From the NCBI GenBank assembly GCA_034669905.1, contig JAXMOL010000017.1, forward strand, positions 64,001 through 128,000: a stretch of DNA of 64,000 nucleotides, given 5' to 3'. Positions 9,418 to 19,204 of the stretch are shown here, in pieces. Position 1 is the first letter of the stretch; the number at the start of each line of letters is the position of its first letter. A program made the translations under genes and the position numbers. The notes beneath the pieces were generated by a model. It ran no database searches, was not told the DNA's origin, and saw only the letters and a list, made by a program, of their open reading frames with translations. This DNA comes from Candidatus Hydrogenedentota bacterium (GTDB taxonomy: Bacteria > Hydrogenedentota > Hydrogenedentia > Hydrogenedentales > JAEUWI01).

Positions 9418-9828
9418 TTACTTCAGCTTCGTGGCGCCTACAATGCGTATGTGACTCGTGGCGGTACGCTCCCGCTTGTCTTCCACATCGCGCATGAGGC
9501 TCACGGCACTGGATACGGGCGGCTTTGGCGGGGGAGGTGGGGCCTTCGTAATGTCTTCGGCGGCGTCGTTCAGGATGCTCAGCAATTCCAACTGGCAGGT
9601 AAGGCAGAATTCGGAATCGACCATGGCGCGGTTTTTCCGACACCGAATGCAGGGCCCCGCTCCTGCCAGGTAATCTACCTCCTCGTCCGCGTTCACCGGC
9701 TTCTTATCTGCCTCCGTGGGCGCGGGCTTCTCCGACACCTGGGGCACCGCCGCATCACGGCAGGAACGACAGGTCGTTACCCCCTTCGATGCATCGATGA
9801 GTTTTCCACAGACATCACAGTGAATCAT
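9418..9828 (-). CDS. Small hypothetical protein with two Cys4 zinc-ribbon motifs
   Basis: CDVC...CRSC and CIRC...CLTC; overlaps the end of coaE. Confidence 0.6.
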   Translation of the reverse strand: MIHCDVCGKLIDASKGVTTCRSCRDAAVPQVSEKPAPTEADKKPVNADEEVDYLAGAGPCIRCRKNRAMVDSEFCLTCQLELLSILNDAAEDITKAPPPPPKPPVSSAVSLMRDVEDKRERTATSHIRIVGATKLK

Positions 9829-10438
9829 GGTCGTTTGGCGCTTTCATTGCGTGCAACGCCCGGGCCACTTCATCCACTTGTTGATGTAGTGCCTCCAGCG
9901 TGCTGTTGTTTTCCAGGACCCAATGGGCCAGTTTTCGTTTTGACTCGGGGTCTACCTGGGCGCGAACGCGCTCCCAGGCGGTTTCGGGGGCCATACCCCG
10001 GTCGGCGATCAGTCGGGCCACGCGATCGGCCTCTGGACAACTGACCAGAACCAGACAGTCCAGCCACGGCTCGCGGCTACCACGGTCGCCGAGCAAGGCG
10101 GCGTCCACCATACAGACGGGTCTGCCGGCTTCAGCATGGATAGCGCAACGGGCAGCAATGGCCTGGGCAATCCGGGGTTTCATAATTCTGTTCAACCTTG
10201 CGAGGGCCTGGGGATCAGCGAAAACCCGTGCGCCCAATCGCTCTCGAACAATTTTACCACATGAACGGATATCTTCGCCGAAAGCAGCGATGACCTCGGC
10301 CTCCGCGTCGCCCCCGGGTGCAATGAGTTCGTGGCCGATTCGGTCGGCATCGATAACGGGTATTTCGTGGTATTCGAAGCGGCGGGCCGCCGTAGATTTT
10401 CCGGCACCCGTACCGCCGGTAAGTCCTGCGATAATCAT
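9815..10438 (-). CDS. coaE: Dephospho-CoA kinase
   Basis: GLTGGTGAGKST P-loop, VIDAD and RERLGARVF motifs. Confidence 0.92.
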   Translation of the reverse strand: MIIAGLTGGTGAGKSTAARRFEYHEIPVIDADRIGHELIAPGGDAEAEVIAAFGEDIRSCGKIVRERLGARVFADPQALARLNRIMKPRIAQAIAARCAIHAEAGRPVCMVDAALLGDRGSREPWLDCLVLVSCPEADRVARLIADRGMAPETAWERVRAQVDPESKRKLAHWVLENNSTLEALHQQVDEVARALHAMKAPNDHDSL

Positions 10439-10563
10439 GGCTTCTCCCCGGTCAGCTTACACCAACGGAACAGGGCCGATCACCTGTGCGCCCCCCATCG
10501 CGCAGTTTGACATCTTACGCTGCGAGGGCAAACAATGGGGTCCGTTAATGTTGGAGTACACGC

Positions 10564-11280
10564 ATGCAAACTAATCCCCCTTTCCCGGTCTCGGTGGCCT
10601 TCCCTGAAGTGTATTACACCACCCCGTTGGTTGCGAAGCTGCAGCAACGCCTTGACCTGACCTTGCACCCCCTGGCCCCTGCCCAACTGGACGCATCGGC
10701 CTTGCAGCAGCACGGTTGCGTGCTGCTTTCCCCCGCGGCCCTGTTGGCTGTTTCTGAAATTCGACTACTCCCCGGCATGGGGGTTTCGGCCCATGGTGCC
10801 ACGGGTACAGAACGGTTGCTCAGTTCCGCGCCACTGGAGGAGATTGTCGACGTCCAGGTCCACCCCGACGCGGCCCATCTGCTGCCCCTTCTGGAATTGC
10901 TCTACCTGGCACGGGATCTCACGCCCCCGACGCCCGTGCCCTATGACGCGGGAGCCACGGCGCCCCTGTTGTGCAGTGGGGATGTGGGCCGGGCGCTCGG
11001 TGACCGGGAAGGCCACGACCTCGGGGAGCTGTGGCACGCGTTAACGGAGCTGCCCCTCGTATTGGGAGTCTGGGCCTGTGCCCCCGGTGCGCCGTACCGG
11101 ATGTTGCGCACGGTCCTGGCGACTGCCGCGCGCGAAGGGACGGTCGAGGAGGATGGTGACGCCGGGTTACTCCACCACGAGCTACTCAGCCGGGAGTCGG
11201 ACAGCATCCGGGCCTTCCACACGCTGGCGGTCAGCCACGGCCGCGCTGAAGCCAGTTCGGAAGCCATTGTTTTTTGCTAG
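10564..11280 (+). CDS. MqnA/MqnD-family (futalosine pathway, periplasmic-binding-protein fold) protein, divergent
   Basis: C-terminal signature DLGELWHALTELPLVLGVWA, plus GVSAHG and SGD. Confidence 0.65.
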   Translation: MQTNPPFPVSVAFPEVYYTTPLVAKLQQRLDLTLHPLAPAQLDASALQQHGCVLLSPAALLAVSEIRLLPGMGVSAHGATGTERLLSSAPLEEIVDVQVHPDAAHLLPLLELLYLARDLTPPTPVPYDAGATAPLLCSGDVGRALGDREGHDLGELWHALTELPLVLGVWACAPGAPYRMLRTVLATAAREGTVEEDGDAGLLHHELLSRESDSIRAFHTLAVSHGRAEASSEAIVFC

Positions 11281-13867
11281 CACGCCCTTTTTCTTCGGGC
11301 GCGCCCGGCGACAGGGTGAGCTCAAAATTTGCGGCCGACGTTTTCACCGCCGGGAAGACCTGCACGACCACCCCATCGGATTCCTGCGCGGTCTCAATGC
11401 GAATGGGCACAGCCCCTTCCGGCAGTTCGAAACGGCCTTGCAGCGGCCCCGGGTCACGCTTCAGACGCAGGTAAATGGACGTGAGTTCTACGGGAACATC
11501 CATGGAGAATCGAATGGTCGCGCCGAATGGGGCATCGTGGTTTACCTGCAGATAGACCTGCCCAAAGCCACGGGGCGTAATGAGTGTATGGGATTTGCCA
11601 TCGTCACCGTGTCGGACGTCTGGCCGGAGGAGCAAGCGCCTGGCACCAATCCGCATCTGGACCACCGGCTGCGCCACGAAGAGATACCAAGGTGCCAACT
11701 GGCTGATGTGCGAGGAGGCCCCTTCCGCTTGCTGAAAGCATCGTGTGAGGAGGGGTTCGGTTTCCCGGTAGACCTGGTGGAAGGACTCCCGGTGTAAGCG
11801 GACACACAGATAGGGCACGATGCGGTACCACGGCCCTGCCGAAGCGCCGGTGGTGGATGGCCCTCCTTCAGGCCAGGCCAGGGATGAAAGCCCCTCCTCG
11901 TGCAGATTAAGTCGTTTTATGGCGGCGAGCACCCGAGCGACCTGCTTCTCGGGCAGGACGTTTTCCAGGCCCAACACGTCGGCCATCCACACCGCCGTCA
12001 ACTGACCAGGATGGCAGGCCGTGTTCAGGGACGGACCATTGGCCGACGGGGGCGTGTCAGCGGGATAGAGGGTGTAATAGCCGTGGCTCTCGTTCCAGAA
12101 GTACCGTTCAAAGTGTTGGGCCGCACGCTCTCGGGCCCGGGCGTAGAGGGGCGTCGGTGCCATACGCTTCATGGCGACCAGGGCTTCGCAGGCATGGAGG
12201 GCAACCAACCATATCCCGGCGGTAATCACGTTCAACCCCGAGGCAAAGGCGCCGTCGAGGCCCGGCTCTTCCGATTGGATGTCTGGAAAGCCGTCGAGAT
12301 TCTTATCGTGCGCCAGGAGTTGGGCCATGACACGCTGGAGGTGGGGCACCAGCTGGGAAATAGCGGGCAGGTTTCCGCTATAGAGGTAGTTCCGGAAGGC
12401 CGTGAGCACCAGAGACGCGCCAACCTCAACCTGGGCCGCGCCAAAGCCCACGTATTCGGGGTCATCCAGCCGCCCCATGCCCTCGCTCAAGAGGAGCCCC
12501 TGGGGGTCTTGCAGCACCGAGCGACCGATCCGCTCCAGGGTTTCCATCTCCAGGCGCGGATAAAACAGTAGGAGGGGCAAGGAACTGTGCCAGCGATCCC
12601 GCAGATAATTCACCCGCGGGTCAGCGCTTCCCTGAACAAGCCCGAAGGCCCCACTGCGCGCATGGAGGGCGTGCTCGCTGAGCACGTTGCAACTCCCGAT
12701 AATGGGACGTACCAACTCCCAGGGGTAACCGGTTGTGCCCAGACGCTGACGCCAGGCCGAGACAGAGGCGTGATAGTAGGTGCCGTTGACCAGGCCTTTT
12801 TTCGCGATGGACAGGGCATCGGGGCTGCCATTCGCATAGTAGTTTCCCTGATCCGCGCCGCCCACCACATATCGGGGCGCATACCAACTGATCACAAATT
12901 CGATCGTTTGTTTTTCCCCGGGCGCGAGGCGAACACGGTGACACAAGGCACCACAACGGGATACCCCTCCCCCATCTGGCCCATCGGCGAAGGCGCCATC
13001 CCGCGCCAGTTCACCCCAGAACGCCGATGCAGACTCCCCTTCTTCGGGGTCCCAGACCCGATGACTGATAGCCGCGCGATCATTCCAACGGGTGACGAGA
13101 CCATATTGGCTGTCGGCGTTCTCTTCCATTTCGTGCAGGGTATTGAAGAGGAGCGCATTGGGCGCAATATCGCCCTCGAAATAGGTTTTGTCCTTTCCTT
13201 TCGACACCTTCCCCGTGCCCGAATGGAGCCGTCGCTCGTTGTCCCCTTCGCGATTTTGCTTGGCATTCTCCCAGTCGTCTTCCGTTACCACCACATGGCG
13301 CGCGATGGGTGGCAGTCGGTCGGGCACCTGCTCGTCGGACTGACCACACATATTTTGCCAGTTCAACACGGCAGAAACGTCTTGTGGAAGGTCGGAATGG
13401 TTGCTCACCTGGAAGGCGATGAAGATGACTGGAAGGGCCGACGCCTCGTAGTCGTAGGGCACGAAGGGGGCGTAGATGCCGAAGGTAATGTCGACCGGGC
13501 ACGTGGGATCGAGAACGCGGCAGTCGGCCTGGGGAAAATCGCCCCGAAATGCGAGTCCCGATGGTGGCAGTACGTGCTGGGAATCCTGGCCGGCCAGGGG
13601 CGTCTGGAGGCGACGCAGGTAGACGTCGTCCCCCTGGGCCACGCGCACCGCGAGAAAGGAATGGGGCGAAAGGGGAATCCCGCCGACAGGATTTCGGTTG
13701 TTGTTGAGTCGAAGGGACCGAAAGCGGCCATCTTCACAAAACGACAGGGTTCCGGTACCCAATCCGCCCATGGAAACGGCGCGGTATCGTTGGTCTTCCT
13801 TCGGCGGCACTTGGGGGATTCCCCTGACGTAGCTGGCGACCCACCGTGGGGCACACCCCCGGGTCAC
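11231..13867 (-). CDS. GH116 (non-lysosomal glucosylceramidase-like) family protein, probably catalytically altered
   Basis: N-terminal MGGLGTG, APFVPYDYEASALP and ISWYAP...GNYY; (alpha/alpha)6 segments DKNLDGFPD, FWNESHGYY and GQL. Confidence 0.8.
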   Translation of the reverse strand: MTRGCAPRWVASYVRGIPQVPPKEDQRYRAVSMGGLGTGTLSFCEDGRFRSLRLNNNRNPVGGIPLSPHSFLAVRVAQGDDVYLRRLQTPLAGQDSQHVLPPSGLAFRGDFPQADCRVLDPTCPVDITFGIYAPFVPYDYEASALPVIFIAFQVSNHSDLPQDVSAVLNWQNMCGQSDEQVPDRLPPIARHVVVTEDDWENAKQNREGDNERRLHSGTGKVSKGKDKTYFEGDIAPNALLFNTLHEMEENADSQYGLVTRWNDRAAISHRVWDPEEGESASAFWGELARDGAFADGPDGGGVSRCGALCHRVRLAPGEKQTIEFVISWYAPRYVVGGADQGNYYANGSPDALSIAKKGLVNGTYYHASVSAWRQRLGTTGYPWELVRPIIGSCNVLSEHALHARSGAFGLVQGSADPRVNYLRDRWHSSLPLLLFYPRLEMETLERIGRSVLQDPQGLLLSEGMGRLDDPEYVGFGAAQVEVGASLVLTAFRNYLYSGNLPAISQLVPHLQRVMAQLLAHDKNLDGFPDIQSEEPGLDGAFASGLNVITAGIWLVALHACEALVAMKRMAPTPLYARARERAAQHFERYFWNESHGYYTLYPADTPPSANGPSLNTACHPGQLTAVWMADVLGLENVLPEKQVARVLAAIKRLNLHEEGLSSLAWPEGGPSTTGASAGPWYRIVPYLCVRLHRESFHQVYRETEPLLTRCFQQAEGASSHISQLAPWYLFVAQPVVQMRIGARRLLLRPDVRHGDDGKSHTLITPRGFGQVYLQVNHDAPFGATIRFSMDVPVELTSIYLRLKRDPGPLQGRFELPEGAVPIRIETAQESDGVVVQVFPAVKTSAANFELTLSPGAPEEKGRASKKQWLPNWLQRGRG

Positions 13868-13909
13868 GGACGGCAGCCATTATAGGCGCATAGACGCAAA
13901 ACCGCAATT

Positions 13910-14422
13910 TCACCGAGGGGAAGGCTGCACTTCGGGGGGGGACAGGTGCTTGGCCATGACGACGGCGTTCTCTCCCGTGGCCGCGTAGTACTTTTTTCGA
14001 ACCCCGATCTCCTGAAATCCGGCGCGGGCATAGAGGGTGCGGGCCGCCACATTGCTCTCCCGCACTTCCAGGCGGATGGTGGTCCCGCCGACCTCTTGTC
14101 CGTTGGCCTCCAGAAAGCCCATGAGGGCTCCGCCAAGGCCCGCGCGGCGATGGGCGGCGACCACGGTCAGTTTGGTGATGTGAATTTCATCCAACAGCAA
14201 CCAGAATCCGCCGTAGGCGACCAGTGTGTCGTCGTGAAAAACGAGGAAAAAGTGGGAGGCGCCGTTGCGAATCTCCTGAAGAAACATGCCCTGCGTCCAG
14301 GGATCGGGATAGGCCTCGTGTTCGACGGGGAGAAGGAGCGGCAGGTGCTCTTTGGCAAGCGGCACATAGACCAGCGCGCTGATGTCGGTAACGTTTCCTT
14401 TGGGGTCAGACATGGGTGCCAA
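13910..14422 (-). CDS. rimI: Ribosomal-protein-alanine N-acetyltransferase (GNAT)
   Basis: EIHI, RRAGLG, LEVRESNVAARTLY, GF...RKKYY...ENA; follows tsaB. Confidence 0.92.
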   Translation of the reverse strand: MAPMSDPKGNVTDISALVYVPLAKEHLPLLLPVEHEAYPDPWTQGMFLQEIRNGASHFFLVFHDDTLVAYGGFWLLLDEIHITKLTVVAAHRRAGLGGALMGFLEANGQEVGGTTIRLEVRESNVAARTLYARAGFQEIGVRKKYYAATGENAVVMAKHLSPPEVQPSPR

Positions 14423-14427
14423 CTCCC

Positions 14428-15156
14428 CTAGGTGGTCGTCTTTGCCTGCTTCTTGTCGCGGTTCACCTCCGCCTGCGACTTCCGAAGATAGATGGGATTC
14501 ACCTCGCCGCCGTCCGATGGGGCGCCGGCCGCGTGCAGGGCCAGGGCTTCCTGGGCGACCGTACTGGCCCGGGGGATGCCCAGGGTGGGTTCAGCGACCA
14601 TGGCGGCTGGCCACTGGGCTTGAAAGCGATCTTGATAAAGGGTCGCCCCATCGCCCACGAGTCCCAGGGACTCAGGAGCAAAGGCGGGAAGGGCTTCGAT
14701 TTCTGTGATCAGGTGTTCCGGCGAACAGGCGCAGGGGGCGATGACCTGCTGGCGTTTGCCCCCCTCGTATCGATACACCGCTGCGAAGACTTCCTTCATG
14801 CGCGCATCGAGCACGGCGGCCAGATAGCCCGGTGGCGGAAAGGCGCTGAGTCGGGTGAGGGCATCCAGGGTAGGGACGCCGATGAGGGGCAGCCCGTTGG
14901 CGAGTGCCAGCCCTTTCCAGGTGGCGGCACCGATGCGCAGGCCGGTAAAGGAACCGGGGCCAATGGAAACGGCCAGCAGATCGAGATCAGCAAGGGTTAC
15001 GTGGGCCTCGGCTAACAACCAGTCAATGGTCGGAATGAGGCGCTCAGAGTGGAGACGCCCACCGGCGAGAACGGTCTCCGCGAGAATTTCAGTATCGCGA
15101 CAGAGGGCAACGCTATTGGTCGCCGTACTCGTATCGGCGGCAAGCACGAGGGACAT
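14428..15156 (-). CDS. tsaB: tRNA threonylcarbamoyladenosine biosynthesis protein TsaB
   Basis: LAADTST, HSERL, GPGSFTGLRIG, DARMKEV and PIYLRKSQAE. Confidence 0.95.
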   Translation of the reverse strand: MSLVLAADTSTATNSVALCRDTEILAETVLAGGRLHSERLIPTIDWLLAEAHVTLADLDLLAVSIGPGSFTGLRIGAATWKGLALANGLPLIGVPTLDALTRLSAFPPPGYLAAVLDARMKEVFAAVYRYEGGKRQQVIAPCACSPEHLITEIEALPAFAPESLGLVGDGATLYQDRFQAQWPAAMVAEPTLGIPRASTVAQEALALHAAGAPSDGGEVNPIYLRKSQAEVNRDKKQAKTTT

Positions 15157-15164
15157 GGTATTCC

Positions 15165-15548
15165 TTAAAAGCTATCGGGTCTGGCAGGCGGCGTTGAATA
15201 GGAATCGGAGTTTTCAGACGGGCCTTCATAGCCGCCGTCGGCGTCCATGGCCTGGTCCAGAGGGATGCCGTCCCCCTCGGCCACGAGCTCTTTCATGCGC
15301 TTGCCGGGTCGAAAGGTGACGACACGGCGCTCGGGCACCGGCACCTGATCGCCCGTTCGGGGATTGCGCCCGATGCGGGATGCGCGGGTTTTGACTTCGA
15401 AGACGCCGAAGTCGCGCAGCTCCCAGCGTTGACCGCTTGCCAGGGAGTGGGAAATGGTGTCGAAGGTCCCCTCGATAATCTTTGACACGTCACTCTGTGT
15501 CATTCCGAGTTTGTTGGCGACCCGAATTACGAGTTCGCGCTTTGTCAT
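15165..15548 (-). CDS. HU/IHF-family DNA-binding protein with acidic C-terminal tail
   Basis: MTKRELV, ELRDFGVF, GRNPRTG and TFRPGK motifs. Confidence 0.92.
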   Translation of the reverse strand: MTKRELVIRVANKLGMTQSDVSKIIEGTFDTISHSLASGQRWELRDFGVFEVKTRASRIGRNPRTGDQVPVPERRVVTFRPGKRMKELVAEGDGIPLDQAMDADGGYEGPSENSDSYSTPPARPDSF

Positions 15549-15942
15549 CGTCACGGGGGAAACCCTCCTTCCAGGATGCTGAGAATGAGTCAAGGGCGCA
15601 AGAAATCTATGAAAAGATGATATTACCTCATTATACGGGCTTCTCCCAGCGTTGGCAAGTCGTTTCGTAGTCGTAGCTTACCACCGCGGGCCCCTTCCGT
15701 CGCGGGAGACACGGTGCGCTGGTGGGCGAAAAACACCCCAAAAAGCGGGTAAAGGGGCCCGGCGGCGCCCCATTTTTACGTAAAGTCTTACTCAATAGAC
15801 AGTTAGATCCGCTAGAAAATTCGCTTCACGCCGACGTCTTCAACGGGCGTTTTTCCCCCACCGCATCCCCTACTTGCATCCGACACGGTCCCTTATGCGA
15901 ATATCAGGGGATTGACGGGGTCTAACGTGGAGAAATGACCGC

Positions 15943-17064
15943 ATGGAATTATACGGAAAAGAATATACAGTCAACGAATTACGGCAACGGGTCGGCAATA
16001 TGGACCAGATTGCCGGGGTCCGCATTGTCCAGCTGGAGGACGGCAATGAGCGTCCGGGCCGTGCGGCCATTCTGCACACGGGCACGGGTCTGGAAGTGAC
16101 CGTGTTGCTGGACCGGTGCCTCGACATCGCCTCCGCATCCTTCGAAGGGCAGGCCATGGGTTGGCGTTCCACGACGGGCGACGTGGCGCCCCAGTACTAC
16201 GAAGCCGAAGGAATTCGATGGCTTCGCAGCTACTTCGGTGGACTGGTCACAACCTGTGGCCTGAACAACGTGGGCGCGCCCGAGGAAGGCAGCGAACTTT
16301 CGGGGAATGGTCTCCATGGCCGTATTGGCAATACGCCGGCCCGCAACCTCAAGGTGACGCAGGAGTGGCAGGGCGAGGACTATGTTCTCTCTGTCGAAGG
16401 CACCATGCGCCAGACGGCCCTTTTCCACGAGAATCTGACGTTAACCCGGCGTGTACACACCAAACTGGGCGCGAAGCAGTTTTGGATCGAAGATCGTATT
16501 ACGAATGAAGGATTCAGCGACACGCCCTATATGCTCCTCTACCACTGCAATCTCGGATGGCCAGTCGTGGACGCCGGGTCGGAATTAATCGCTCCCAGCC
16601 GACAGGTGGCCCCGCGTGACGACATCGCCCGGGATGGCAAGGAAGACTGGAACCGCTTTGACGGGCCGCAACATGGCTACGCGGAGAAGGTTTACTTTCA
16701 TGACATGGCGGCCGATTCCGACGGCTTTGTGACGGCTGCGATCGTAAACAGCGGCTTTGAGCGGGGCCGTGGCTTCGGTGCCTACGTGCGCTACAACCAG
16801 GACGCCCTCCCCCGCTTTACCGAGTGGAAAATGCTGGGCGAGCAGGACTATGTGGTGGGCCTCGAACCCTGTAACTGCGGGGTGGAAGGCAAGAAAGTCG
16901 ACGAAGAACAGGGGCTCCTTCGTTCGCTGGCTCCCGGTGAGGCCTGTTCGGTTACGCTGGAATTGGGTGCCATCACGACAGACGAAGAAGTCACCCAGCT
17001 TCGCAAGGAGAGCAGCGTCGTGACCCCCAAGCTGGTGGAACGCTACCAGGACTTTGGAAAGTAA
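15943..17064 (+). CDS. Aldose 1-epimerase-like (DUF4432) protein
   Basis: DRCLDI, GGLVTTCGL, LHGRI, LYHCNLGWP and VGLEP motifs. Confidence 0.8.
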   Translation: MELYGKEYTVNELRQRVGNMDQIAGVRIVQLEDGNERPGRAAILHTGTGLEVTVLLDRCLDIASASFEGQAMGWRSTTGDVAPQYYEAEGIRWLRSYFGGLVTTCGLNNVGAPEEGSELSGNGLHGRIGNTPARNLKVTQEWQGEDYVLSVEGTMRQTALFHENLTLTRRVHTKLGAKQFWIEDRITNEGFSDTPYMLLYHCNLGWPVVDAGSELIAPSRQVAPRDDIARDGKEDWNRFDGPQHGYAEKVYFHDMAADSDGFVTAAIVNSGFERGRGFGAYVRYNQDALPRFTEWKMLGEQDYVVGLEPCNCGVEGKKVDEEQGLLRSLAPGEACSVTLELGAITTDEEVTQLRKESSVVTPKLVERYQDFGK

Positions 17065-17077
17065 TCTTCACGCGAAC

Positions 17078-17120
17078 AAAAACGCCGGGCGAAGCCGCAG
17101 AGGCCTCGTCCGGCGTTTTT
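17078..17120. terminator. Bidirectional intrinsic terminator
   Basis: AAAAACGCCGGGCGA...TCGTCCGGCGTTTTT between convergent genes. Confidence 0.75.
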
Positions 17121-17134
17121 CATGGTGTAGGAAA

Positions 17135-19081
17135 CTATCGCAACGACTTACCTTCGAAATCGTCGGGCACAGTGAGCTTCAGCGTATCCAGTGCGGTCAC
17201 CCCCAGGTCGAGGAGCGTCGCGTCGGCTTTCAAGGGCACGTTGGAGAAGAGAATTCCAGACGTAAACTCATGATCGGAACTGGCATGTTCCCCACTCCAC
17301 TTGTTGTCGTTGACGGAGTAGATCTCTTTCGGGGCCGCACCGGCCGCCGAGGCCTTGTCGGTCTGGTAGCCTTCGGCATAGCCCAGTTGGAGGTCGGGGG
17401 CGTCTTCGGTGGCCACCCCCTGGGGATCCACGTTGGTATAAATGGCGCGAAACACCTTCTCGCCTGTCTCCGGATCCGTTTCCGCCAGGAGTTTGGTACG
17501 AATCTCTTCGATAAGTTCCGGCACTTCGTCAGCCGTGACGATCCCTTCTTTTTCCCGACCGGCGCGATTGAGGAAAATCATCCCCAGCCCCAGGCCATAG
17601 GCCTTTGATTTGGACCAATCGTAGGTATAGCCCCGGGTCTGCCGGTCATACATGAATTTCACATCGGTGTGGGCCGTGGCGGCATCGTCCTGACCACGCA
17701 CGGTGAGATAGCCATTCCGCACCAGCCAGGTATTGACACTGAAGCCTTTGCGGAAGCTGTGGAAGCCATGGTCCGACATGACGATCAGCAGATCATCTTC
17801 CTCCAGGCGCTTCATCACGTTTCCCACGATGCTGTCCATCTTGAGATAGGTGTCTTCAATTACGCGGCCGTATTTTTTGAACATGGCCTCGGAATAGAGG
17901 GGATGCTTGGGATCGCGGTACCCCCAGAACATGTGGGCCACCCGGTCGGTGCCCGTCCAGGCCCCCACGAGGAGATCAAAGTTACCGGCGTCGATTTCAT
18001 CGAGCACCAGTTGTTCCCGCCAGGCCATGGTCCGTTGAACGTCTTCCAGAAACATGGCTTCCGTCATGTCGTCCCGCTCCAGGGCCTTGGTGTCATAGGC
18101 CCAGCCGATGGTCTTGTAGAGGCCGCCGCGATCGGCGATTTCACCTGCGTAGTCGGGCGGAGAACTGATGGGGGCGTAGGGCGCTTTCGGATGAAACTGG
18201 AGGCAGGTCATATAGATGCGCACCGTCTCCCCCACTTCCATGGCGAAATAGCGACTCACCGCACGGACGGAAACGGCGTCCGACAGGGCAAAGTCCCAGG
18301 AAACCCAGTCGCTCCACGCGCCTTCTTTCAGGGTAACCGTTTCGCCCTGCGTCGAAAGGGTGACGCTACCGGCCTCCACACGAATCTCCAGGGGCACTTC
18401 CACAAAATCGCGGGTTCCCGGCTTCCGGATTCCCGGGATATTTACCGTACCCGCCCCTTCGCGGAGCTGCAGGGGCAGGCGTTGCCCACCAGGTACCGAT
18501 TCGGGCGCGGTGAATTCGGTGGAGAGCGCGAAGTAGGTACTTTGGGTCCCTCGAATATCGGGCACATCCAGGCCACTGAGCATACGACACTCATCCGAGA
18601 GGTCATCTGCCGGGTAGGCGAAGGGCACCAGCAGGGCCTTGACTTTTTTTCCCTGATCGCTGGCCACTTTCCAGAATGAGTCCCCCTTCCGGTTGGACTC
18701 ATAGCGGGCCGGCGACTTGAGGTGGCCACTGTCGTCCAGGGTCGCGTGACTGAGATGCCCAAAGCCCGGCGCCGGGAAATAGGTCTTGGGGTTCCGTTTG
18801 AGGAAGTCATAGATGCCGTGGTTCAACGGCGACTTGCAGGTGGAAAAGGAAGACCAGGCGGTGGGAGATTGGGGCGGGCTGCTGGAACCCAGAGGCTGAT
18901 AACTGCCCCCCGCTTTCAGCTGGGCCAGGTTGGGCAGTTCGCCCGCGGCGAGCATCCCGTCGACGATGTGGGGATCGGCTCCGTCAAAGCCAAGAATGAC
19001 CACCCGCTCTGCGTCGGCGTTCCCGACGAACAACACGAGCAGGCCCAAGGCCATCACGCTACGATTCGCACGTGTAAACAT
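17135..19081 (-). CDS. Alkaline-phosphatase superfamily / type I phosphodiesterase-nucleotide pyrophosphatase protein, secreted
   Basis: VILGFDGAD, SPPQSPTAWSSF, TDRVAHMFW, MSDHGF and WSGEH. The ATG at 19081 gives a signal peptide ending NADA. Confidence 0.85.
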   Translation of the reverse strand: MFTRANRSVMALGLLVLFVGNADAERVVILGFDGADPHIVDGMLAAGELPNLAQLKAGGSYQPLGSSSPPQSPTAWSSFSTCKSPLNHGIYDFLKRNPKTYFPAPGFGHLSHATLDDSGHLKSPARYESNRKGDSFWKVASDQGKKVKALLVPFAYPADDLSDECRMLSGLDVPDIRGTQSTYFALSTEFTAPESVPGGQRLPLQLREGAGTVNIPGIRKPGTRDFVEVPLEIRVEAGSVTLSTQGETVTLKEGAWSDWVSWDFALSDAVSVRAVSRYFAMEVGETVRIYMTCLQFHPKAPYAPISSPPDYAGEIADRGGLYKTIGWAYDTKALERDDMTEAMFLEDVQRTMAWREQLVLDEIDAGNFDLLVGAWTGTDRVAHMFWGYRDPKHPLYSEAMFKKYGRVIEDTYLKMDSIVGNVMKRLEEDDLLIVMSDHGFHSFRKGFSVNTWLVRNGYLTVRGQDDAATAHTDVKFMYDRQTRGYTYDWSKSKAYGLGLGMIFLNRAGREKEGIVTADEVPELIEEIRTKLLAETDPETGEKVFRAIYTNVDPQGVATEDAPDLQLGYAEGYQTDKASAAGAAPKEIYSVNDNKWSGEHASSDHEFTSGILFSNVPLKADATLLDLGVTALDTLKLTVPDDFEGKSLR

Positions 19082-19204
19082 GGGTCTAAGGAGCGATTCC
19101 AGGTAGGTAGTACGCACGATTTTCTGATTTCCTTTATTCATCCATTTGCGGTTTAAACGGTCCGCTTCATGGTACCTGAGCTGCGGGCCTGCCCTCAACG
19201 CACC

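Noticed and set aside
15594..15942. Long divergent intergenic region with an AT-rich patch near 15775-15820
   Set aside because: No convincing palindrome, dif site or RNA motif; likely just promoters.
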